From: Patescibacteria group bacterium
Lineage (GTDB): Bacteria > Patescibacteriota > Minisyncoccia > UBA6257 > HR35
Assembly (NCBI GenBank): GCA_023480925.1
Contig: JAMCWY010000018.1
Span: forward strand, 1-32,000
Reading direction: 5' to 3'
Length of the DNA stretch: 32,000 nucleotides
Position numbers and translations under genes: made by a program. Below are positions 26,701 to 32,000 of the stretch, piece after piece (the first letter of the stretch is position 1; each line of letters begins with the position of its first letter). The notes beneath the pieces were generated by a model. That model did no database searches. It had not been told where the DNA came from and saw nothing but the letters and a program-made list of their open reading frames with translations.

Positions 26701-27318
26701 TATTATAAATTGACTGTTTTGGGCGAAAAAAAACAAGTGGCGGTTGCCCATGTGCCTCGACCGTTTAATCTATTGGTTAAAGAAGGCGAAAAAGTTTTAA
26801 AGGGTCAGCCTCTTAATGATGGTTCTCAGGACCCGAAGAAAATTTATCTTTATAAAGGCCGGATCGAAGCGTTTAAGTATATTTTGAACGAACTGAAAAA
26901 AGTTTACAACTTTCAAGGCGCTGAAGTTCATGATAAACATATCGAAATAATCGTTCGAAAAATGTTTGCTCGAGTCAAGGTTAAGGAGCCGAATGATTCC
27001 GATTTCATTCAAGACGAAATTGTCGAAAAAGATATTTTCCTGATTACAAACAGGAGACTAAAAACCGAGGGCAAGAAGATGGCTAAGGGCGTCTTGGTTT
27101 TACTTGGTATAACCAAAGTTGCCTTGACCGCCAACAGCTTTCTTTCGGTTGCTTCATTCCAAGAGACATCGAGAGCCTTAGTCAAGTCGGCCTTAGAATT
27201 TCGCCAAGATCCGCTTCGAGGCTTGAAAGAAAATATTATTATCGGCAAGAAGCCATTGATTGGCGCCTACTATCGTCAAAGTCTTAAATCCGAAAAAATC
27301 GATAGCAAGAGCGAGTAG
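23749..27318 (+). CDS. rpoC: DNA-directed RNA polymerase subunit beta'
   Basis: 1189 aa. Zinc-binding CACGKY..C..CGVEV, catalytic NADFDGDQMAV, RFRQNLLGKRVDYSGRSVI and the trigger-loop region GEPATQLTMRTFHVGG. The start overlaps the rpoB stop (TAATG). Confidence 0.97.
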   Translation: MKQMEISSTGLKLASPEEILNWSYGEPTKPETVNYRTGRPDREGLFSEVIFGPTKDFECACGKYKKNQFAKVTCDRCGVEVTHSSVRRERMGHITLATPIAHIWFLKVYPYSLSLFLDIPVQQIEKVVYYSAYIIMSVDEEAKKKILTNLERDYKEKIKKFENDEMKKEIDTTYRRIKEELKAIEVKRVISDVEFFNWSRKFPNLFEVGIGADAIRRFLEELDLNKLKRETETKLAKATNLAMRKRLSMKIKFIKAFIQHQRRPEWMILTIMPIIPPDLRPIVHLDGGKIASSDLNDLYRKVINRNNRLKKLHEIKAPEIIINNEKRMLQEAVDSLFDSSLKKVKGQSSDQRKVLKSLSDVLKGKQGRFRQNLLGKRVDYSGRSVIAVGPNMKVNECGLPKKIALEIFKPFIIYELLKLEIVHTVKQANYLIEIEDPDALTALEKVIQNKYVLLNRAPTLHRLGIQAFEISLVEGLAIRVPPLVCTAYNADFDGDQMAVFLPLSDEAQKEAKEILNAAKNHLRLGTGEAITNPTKDIVVGCYHLTQILSDQKNAVKKVYDTTEAKQLYEFGQIGLGENILVKSIKGQSNLETSVGRMIFNEALPSDYQFLNEKMDKKKLTWLVEDIYQKYNYEVLALVLNKIKNLGFAYATESGLSFAVSDLVVSKGKEKIIKEAFEKENEVKKSYQQGLLSLDEKKMLVVENWLKAIREINQILPKSLAEDSPPRLMIDSGARGSMAQLSQMIGIKGLVENPRGDIIELPVAKSYKEGLGSLEYFITTHGARKGASDTALKTARAGYLTRRMVDVTNDLIVREIDCGENEGLVITKTEAKETGDTFNNKIYSRIILETVKDQKGNIIISAGEYITRPIAEKLERAQVEKVRIRSPFTCKTLFGVCAKCYGLDLGYGKPIQLGETVGVIASESIGEPATQLTMRTFHVGGVAGTTDITQGVPRAEELLEVRTPKSESVLSPLSGKIRKIETLPKYYKLTVLGEKKQVAVAHVPRPFNLLVKEGEKVLKGQPLNDGSQDPKKIYLYKGRIEAFKYILNELKKVYNFQGAEVHDKHIEIIVRKMFARVKVKEPNDSDFIQDEIVEKDIFLITNRRLKTEGKKMAKGVLVLLGITKVALTANSFLSVASFQETSRALVKSALEFRQDPLRGLKENIIIGKKPLIGAYYRQSLKSEKIDSKSE

Positions 27319-27458
27319 TTCTTTTCTGGCGATTCTCTTTTTAGAAACAAGCTATTGATCAGACAAAACGGAATTTTTTCTAATTTGCGTTTTACTAATG
27401 CCTTGCGATGGCAAGATTAAGGAGCCGAAAATCTTCTAAGTCTATTATTTGGTTTAAT

Positions 27459-28106
27459 TTAGTATCCGACCGGAAAATTATATTTCGAAGGAATTGAACT
27501 GGGTAGTTCTTGGTTTGTTCCGTACGTGATCACGATTTCCTGGTGATCTTCAAGAGCGATTTGACGCGGGTCGCCCGAATAGAGCGAGCCGTTGACAAAA
27601 ACTTTGAGAGATTTGTCGCCTTGATTTTTGTATCCGCCGATGCGTCCCGAAGTGAAATCCACTCCCCAAATATCGAAGAATTGACCAAGGTAAAAAGTTT
27701 TTCGGACCGGCGATTCGACGTGGATGATTCCGGTTCCGTCGTGAGTATGAATATCGGCGATAAAGCCAGCGCCTTGATCAATGCCAATCCCGGCGGGGAT
27801 AGCAACTGGTTTACCATCGATAAAAATATCAAGATGTTGATGGATATGAAGCGCAGTTCCTTCCTGAGCTAACGGTCTAAGCCCGATTTGGTTCAATCTT
27901 TCGCGCAAATGCGTCAATCCAGCGGACCAGGGCGCATCGCCTGTTTGGATTCCGGGTAGATTCCCGGGATTAGGATTGTTCGGAGTCGCGGCCTTCTGAC
28001 GAAATATTTGGTTAGCGATGATAAGAAGCGTCAAAACCAAAACGATTATTCCGATTACGGTCCACTCTTTGGCTTTTGAAGATATTTTTTGAGATTTTTT
28101 AGTCAT
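27459..28106 (-). CDS. Membrane-anchored extracytoplasmic protein with conserved His clusters, unknown function
   Basis: 215 aa. N-terminal signal anchor WTVIGIIVLVLTLLIIA, then LHIHQHLDIFIDGKPV and IHTHDGTGIIHVE motifs. I have seen this type annotated only as hypothetical. Confidence 0.65.
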   Translation of the reverse strand: MTKKSQKISSKAKEWTVIGIIVLVLTLLIIANQIFRQKAATPNNPNPGNLPGIQTGDAPWSAGLTHLRERLNQIGLRPLAQEGTALHIHQHLDIFIDGKPVAIPAGIGIDQGAGFIADIHTHDGTGIIHVESPVRKTFYLGQFFDIWGVDFTSGRIGGYKNQGDKSLKVFVNGSLYSGDPRQIALEDHQEIVITYGTNQELPSSIPSKYNFPVGY

Positions 28107-28210
28107 AGTTTTTTTGTTTGCTATTAAGAATTTGATTAATATTTTTTACCAATTTTAAATAATCAGTTTATTTTATAAGCCGTGTTGATCGCGTAATTTT
28201 GTCAGTACTG

Positions 28211-28624
28211 TCAGAAAATTTTCGGATTGAGAATGCCGTCTGAAAATGCGAGTAGAAGGGGATTGAACGCTTTGACGAGTCGGGTTTTATTATAGTTAAA
28301 CAGCCGCGCCGCGAACTTAATTGATTCTTCGAATTTAGAAAATGTTTTTTCAAAGAAAATCATAGCTATAGCAATCAAAATCAGAGCAAGGGCGAGCAGA
28401 TTCGTCTTTGCCGGTATGCCAAGAAAAATTTGTTGCCATCGCGTCATGTGTTCGAATATGTTCATTCGGCATGCTGTTGTCTGATCTGGTTCAAGGGGAC
28501 AAGGAGACATCTGCCCGTTTTTTATTTTCATACTCAAGCCCATTCCGAAAATAAAGACTGAAATAAAATAAACAAGAATGAGTAGTGTCAGGTTGATAAA
28601 TAATTTTCTATCCAAGTTAAACAT
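28211..28624 (-). CDS. Two-TM membrane protein with a Cys pair and His in the external loop, unknown function
   Basis: 137 aa. TM1 is LFINLTLLILVYFISVFIFGMGL, the loop is ..SPCPLEPDQTTACRMNIFEHMTRWQQ.. and TM2 is LLALALILIAIAMIFF. Confidence 0.6.
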   Translation of the reverse strand: MFNLDRKLFINLTLLILVYFISVFIFGMGLSMKIKNGQMSPCPLEPDQTTACRMNIFEHMTRWQQIFLGIPAKTNLLALALILIAIAMIFFEKTFSKFEESIKFAARLFNYNKTRLVKAFNPLLLAFSDGILNPKIF

Positions 28625-28641
28625 AATTTTATTTTATCATA

Positions 28642-28651
28642 GACCCGGCCG
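28642..28651. repeat. 10-bp GC-only palindrome CCCGGCCGGG
   Basis: Read directly, 18 nt upstream (minus sense) of the start codon of the 28211-28624 CDS. Confidence 0.9.
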
Positions 28652-28691
28652 GGCCCCCAAGTCCACCGCATGGAGGCCTTGGCTTAGGTCC

Positions 28692-28733
28692 ATCGCGCAT
28701 GCTAATGAAGATATTTAATATCAATGATGTGCG
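28692..28733. repeat. Hairpin with a CGCGCA/TGCGCG clamp and an internal GATAT/ATATC stem
   Basis: Read directly. The 6-bp GC clamp encloses an AT-rich 30-nt segment that has its own 5-bp stem-loop. Confidence 0.8.
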
Positions 28734-29009
28734 CGAGGTTATGTATCTTTACCGTGGCGTAAAAAGACTGGAACCATAGTCACTACCTTCGTCTTGAAAC
28801 GCAAGAGCGGCACTGCGTGTCGTCTGAGTGTCCAAATAAATTTTTTCTACAAGAGAACAAAAGAACGTTTAATTTTTTGATCTTGGAGGATTTTTATGAT
28901 TTCACTTGAACCTACTTTATCAAAAATTCGTAAATGATGAAATCCCCGTTACCGCCTCGCTCCGCTCGGCAACCCAAAAGAAAAATGTTCCGTACATTTT
29001 TGATTTGCA

Positions 29010-29044
29010 CCCGCCCGATTTTTTCTTTTAAAAGGAAAAATCGG
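29010..29044. repeat. Long imperfect inverted repeat (about 16 bp) centred on TTTTAAAA with GC clamps
   Basis: CGCCCGATTTTTTCTTTT / AAAAGGAAAAATCGGCG pair with one bulge and one G.T. A second perfect 8-bp hairpin, AAAAATGT-tccgt-ACATTTTT, lies at 28979-28999. Confidence 0.8.
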
Positions 29045-29088
29045 CGCCGGCCACTAAATGCTCGGTCAAAAATCCGAAAGTCTAATTG

Positions 29089-29162
29089 TGGAGCGGGATA
29101 CGGGGGTCGGACCCGTCTCTTCAGCTTGGAAAGCTGACGTTGAACCGCTCAACTAATCCCGC
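29089..29162 (-). tRNA. tRNA-Gly (anticodon TCC), CCA encoded, atypical T loop
   Basis: Acceptor GCGGGAT/ATCCCGC, D arm GTTG-AGCGGTT-CAAC, anticodon arm TCAGC-TTTCCAA-GCTGA, T arm ACGGG-TCCGACC-CCCGT, discriminator T plus CCA. Position 55 is C. Confidence 0.75.
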
Positions 29163-29170
29163 GCGCCTTT

Positions 29171-30130
29171 TTATATTATAAGAGAAAGATTTTCGATTTT
29201 GTAGCCGTTCAGGAATTCTTTCGCCCCCATTCTTTTTTTACCTTCGATTTGAAGTTCTTTGATTAAGATAAAATCAGTCGCGATTTTCAAACCAAGTTCG
29301 TTCCGATGCTGAAAAAATTTCGCCGGTGTAAAATTTTTTAATTCCGGTTTGAGGTCTAAATAATTTATTTTTTCGATTTGATAAATTTTAAGAAGTTTTT
29401 CTTCACCTCGGACTTTAATTTGGATAAACGCGCCCGGCCAGGGATTGAGAGCTCGAATTTTTCTCTGCCACTGGTCGTAATTTTCATCGAGGTTAAGTCG
29501 ACCGTCGGTCTTGCTCACTTTTTTCGTCCAAGTCGCTTTTGCCTCGTCTTGGGGTTTAGGTTCGAGTTGTTGTGCCAACCAAAGTTCGATCGTTTGGTTA
29601 AAAAGCTGACCACTTAAGCGGCCAAGCGTTTGAGTCAGTTCGGACAGTGTTTCGGTTTGATCAAGATCGAGACGAGTTTGAGCGACAATCGGGCCGTGAT
29701 CAACGAGTTGGTCGAGTTCGATCAGGGTCGCGCCGCTAATTTTTTCGCCGTTTAAAATTGTCTGGCGGATTGGGTCGGCGCCGCGAAAAAGAGGTAGGAG
29801 AGAAGGGTGAAGGTTTAAAAGGCCTCGTTTGAATATCGATTGGTTGGCCAAGACATTGGCCGGAATAATTTTGCCGAATCCGGCGATCAAACCAAAATCA
29901 AAAGTTAAGTTTTTTATTTGTTGCCATAATTTCAACTCAATCACGTTTAATTTTTCTTTAAGACAAAAGGAGTAAGCTTGATTTGGTTTAATCAGAAGAC
30001 CGCGGCCCTGAGCTTTGGCCGGCAGGGTTATGACCAAGTTCGGTCTGAACTTTTTAATTAACTCTTTCAGGACGAAGATTGAAAAGTCGCTCGAACCGAG
30101 AAAACAAAAATTCATCTGATTTTTATTCAT
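29171..30130 (-). CDS. fmt: Methionyl-tRNA formyltransferase
   Basis: N-terminal FLGSSDFS, catalytic-region LNLHPSLLPLFRGADPIRQTILNGEKISGATLI and a C-terminal tRNA-binding-type domain. The first ATG overlaps def by 8 nt, and M6 is an alternative start. Confidence 0.88.
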   Translation of the reverse strand: MNKNQMNFCFLGSSDFSIFVLKELIKKFRPNLVITLPAKAQGRGLLIKPNQAYSFCLKEKLNVIELKLWQQIKNLTFDFGLIAGFGKIIPANVLANQSIFKRGLLNLHPSLLPLFRGADPIRQTILNGEKISGATLIELDQLVDHGPIVAQTRLDLDQTETLSELTQTLGRLSGQLFNQTIELWLAQQLEPKPQDEAKATWTKKVSKTDGRLNLDENYDQWQRKIRALNPWPGAFIQIKVRGEEKLLKIYQIEKINYLDLKPELKNFTPAKFFQHRNELGLKIATDFILIKELQIEGKKRMGAKEFLNGYKIENLSLII

Positions 30131-30584
30131 TCGTTTTATTTATTTCGAAAACTTCTTTGGTTTTGTCGATGAAAAGAACGCCTTGAAGATGATCAAACTC
30201 GTGTTGGATAATGTGGGCGAGCAGGCCGGTTGTTTTTAATTTTCTTTGTTTGCCGGCTAGATCTTGATAATTAATTTTTACCTCGGTTGATCTTTTGACA
30301 TAGCCCCACTGGCCGGGCAGACTGAGACAACCCTCCTCGGTCAATATTGGTTTTTTGGTCAGTTCAATCTTGGGGTTGACAAAAACATAAAATTTATCTT
30401 TTGGCTTGGCGATAAAAAGAGCAAGGTTAATGCCGACTTGATTAGCGGCCAAGCCTACGCCAACCGCGGCCGTCAATTTTTTTTTCATCTCGGTGACGAT
30501 ATTTTTAAGTTGGCGGTCGAAGTCTTTGGCCGGATTAAGTTTTTTTCTTAAAATCGAATTATTTTTACCGATAATTAAATCCAT
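30123..30584 (-). CDS. def: Peptide deformylase
   Basis: All three PDF motifs are present: GVGLAANQVG, EGCLSLPG and HEFDHLQG. Confidence 0.92.
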   Translation of the reverse strand: MDLIIGKNNSILRKKLNPAKDFDRQLKNIVTEMKKKLTAAVGVGLAANQVGINLALFIAKPKDKFYVFVNPKIELTKKPILTEEGCLSLPGQWGYVKRSTEVKINYQDLAGKQRKLKTTGLLAHIIQHEFDHLQGVLFIDKTKEVFEINKTNE

Positions 30585-30643
30585 TGGTTTATTTTAACAA
30601 AAATTATCGCGATTGCCTTTATTTATGTTAAAATTTAATCAAA

Positions 30644-31426
30644 ATGTCGGCCGATGAGTTTCAAAAAAAAGAAGGTTATTTTATCCAGGGTCTTTGGTAT
30701 CCTCGAGTTACCTCGATTTGCCAGATTAAAAACAAACCCGCCCTCTATTATTTTTACGCTCAGGCGGAAAATTACGAGGAGGCGGACTTAAAAAAAAATC
30801 AGGCGGCGGCCGAGGGGACAATGATCCATCATATTTTGGAAAAAATTATTATTGGCGACGGTTTTGTCGTGCCGGAACAATATCTTGGAATCAAAAAAGC
30901 GTTTGACGATTTTATCAAAAATCACGCCTTTCATTCAAGAAAAGAATGGTTGGAGCGGCGGGTTAAACATTCGAATCATCGTTATTCCGGCACTTTCGAT
31001 ATTTTGGCCGAGGTTGACGGCGAATTGGCGATTGTTGACCTAAAAAGTTCGGCTTCGATCTATCGGGATTATCGCTTGCAAACCGCTGCCTATTTGAGCG
31101 CGGTTAACGAAGAGCCGTGGCTTTTGGACGAAAATGGCAATAAGTACCTGATTCCGAACGAGGTGACCAAACGATATGTTTTAAGGATTAATCAAAAAAG
31201 AATTTGCGAAAAATGCGGCGTGACGATGAAGCTTAGAAGTATGGGCAATAAAATTGAAGCGAATAAAAACAGCAATGGTTGCCAACATGGGTGGGGCGAG
31301 ATTTTGGGCGAATGGGAATTAAAAGAATTCGATCAGCCCGAAGTTGATTTTCAGGCTTTCATCAACGCCAAGGGTTTGTGGGAGTGGGAAAATCAAGAAA
31401 TTCTTGGCCGAATCGGTTATCTTTAA
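30644..31426 (+). CDS. PD-(D/E)XK-superfamily nuclease-like protein with a Cys/His-containing insertion
   Basis: GTFDILAEVDGELAIVDLKSSASIYRDYRLQTAAY gives D...D-x-K plus the QxxxY motif of RecB/Cas4/YqaJ-type nucleases. An upstream GTMIHHILE segment is present, and the insertion carries CEKCG...CQH. Confidence 0.65.
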   Translation: MSADEFQKKEGYFIQGLWYPRVTSICQIKNKPALYYFYAQAENYEEADLKKNQAAAEGTMIHHILEKIIIGDGFVVPEQYLGIKKAFDDFIKNHAFHSRKEWLERRVKHSNHRYSGTFDILAEVDGELAIVDLKSSASIYRDYRLQTAAYLSAVNEEPWLLDENGNKYLIPNEVTKRYVLRINQKRICEKCGVTMKLRSMGNKIEANKNSNGCQHGWGEILGEWELKEFDQPEVDFQAFINAKGLWEWENQEILGRIGYL

Positions 31427-31446
31427 ATTGTCAATTTAATTTTTGC

Positions 31447-31518
31447 GCTCCCATAGTTCAACGGACAGAACACGGCCCTCCGGAGGCTGAGCTGGGAGTT
31501 CGATTCTTCCTGGGAGCA
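31447..31518 (+). tRNA. tRNA-Arg (anticodon CCG)
   Basis: Acceptor GCTCCCA/TGGGAGC, anticodon arm CGGCC-CTCCGGA-GGCTG, T arm GGGAG-TTCGATT-CTTCC. Confidence 0.85.
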
Positions 31519-31578
31519 ATGAAAATTAAATAAAATAATTTAATCATAAAATTGGCCTTTGCCGACGATTTAACCAAC

Positions 31579-31650
31579 GCCCCCGTAGTTCAACGGATAG
31601 AATGTGGGTTTGCGGAACCCATGATCAAGGTTCGATTCCTTGCGGGGGTA
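31579..31650 (+). tRNA. tRNA-Arg (anticodon GCG)
   Basis: Acceptor GCCCCCG/CGGGGGT, anticodon arm TGGGT-TTGCGGA-ACCCA, T arm CAAGG-TTCGATT-CCTTG. Confidence 0.8.
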
Positions 31651-31693
31651 CATTGAAAATTAAACGAATTAGTGAGTGTCGCGTTGTTTTTGG

Positions 31694-31764
31694 GCGAGAG
31701 TAGTTTAATGGTAGAATTGTTCCTTCCCAAGGAATAGGCGGGGGTTCGATTCCCCTCTCTCGCT
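31694..31764 (+). tRNA. tRNA-Gly (anticodon CCC)
   Basis: Acceptor GCGAGAG/CTCTCGC, anticodon arm GTTCC-TTCCCAA-GGAAT, T arm GGGGG-TTCGATT-CCCCT, discriminator T. Confidence 0.85.
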
Positions 31765-31800
31765 CAATAATTTAAACCGCTTATAATCGTGAATGAATAA

Positions 31801-32000
31801 ATGACCGCTGATAAAATTCGAAATTTCGCCATTATCGCCCATATCGATCACGGCAAGTCAACTTTGGCTGATCGCTTTCTTGAAATTACCAAGACCGTCA
31901 GCAAAGAAAAACTGGTTAATCAATTTCTTGATCAGCTTTCGTTGGAGCGAGAGCGGGGGATTACGATTAAAATGCAGCCGGTCAGAATGTCTTATTTTTT
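31801..32000 (+). CDS. lepA: Elongation factor 4 (LepA), 5' partial, runs off the window
   Basis: My own translation gives [28 protein letters not shown]......[19 protein letters not shown]. This has the G1 motif AHIDHGKST and the LepA-typical [10 protein letters not shown]. Confidence 0.9.
   Translation, partial: MTADKIRNFAIIAHIDHGKSTLADRFLEITKTVSKEKLVNQFLDQLSLERERGITIKMQPVRMSYF

Noticed and set aside
28625-28830. Tested by eye as tmRNA, SRP (4.5S) RNA, T-box, fluoride or Mn riboswitch
   Set aside because: There is no tRNA-like GGTTCGA...CCACCA end or GGGG..TTCGAC start for tmRNA. There is no GGTCCGGAAGGAAGCAGCC-type SRP helix-8 motif, no T-box GGTGGTACCGCG motif, and no match to the riboswitch cores I can recall. 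The region is left as unassigned structured DNA/RNA.
28930-28975. Minus-strand GGGTTGCCGAGCGGAGCGAGGCGG looks like the 5' half (D arm) of a class II tRNA
   Set aside because: No matching acceptor 3' strand, anticodon arm or T arm can be built downstream. It is not a tRNA gene and is at most a fragment.
28934-29137. 67-aa ORF on the plus strand
   Set aside because: Its 3' third is antisense to tRNA-Gly(TCC). The product is Arg/Pro/Lys low complexity derived from the C-rich run.

Overview
The window reads as the core chromosome of a small, AT-rich, tightly packed bacterial genome. The CPR/Patescibacteria-like assignment is an inference from short housekeeping proteins, weak Shine-Dalgarno usage and many small XRE genes. 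Standard code 11 fits: TGA is used as a stop and the long genes have no internal stops. Most of the 32 kb is housekeeping: mutM, a sigma-70 family factor, uvrB, rplS, gyrB, clpP, a DsbA-like oxidoreductase, rpoB-rpoC, def-fmt, the 5' end of lepA and nine tRNA genes. I see no CRISPR array, transposase, integrase, phage block or recognisable multi-gene defence system. Seven things are worth a second look. (1) A co-directional ArsR / glutaredoxin-like / sugar kinase / pgl / pgi operon ends in one 770-aa ORF that fuses Zwf to a short Gnd. (2) A 464-bp non-coding block (28625-29088) carries GC-only palindromes and long hairpins, and I could not assign it to any RNA family. (3) A 1.6-kb islet sits next to tRNA-Ala, with an intact XRE gene and a heavily frameshifted orphan type I R-M fragment (HsdR N-terminal domain plus a single-TRD HsdS). 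(4) The more GC-rich left edge (1-1900) holds tandem 'XRE + small cargo gene' modules with decayed XRE copies. (5) An 11-nt palindromic motif is shared by the upstream regions of both XRE paralogues. (6) There are tRNA oddities: an Arg tRNA with a GCG anticodon and two tRNAs with C at position 55. (7) A pair of uncharacterised envelope proteins is rich in conserved His and Cys. All family assignments come from motif recognition by eye, not from searches.
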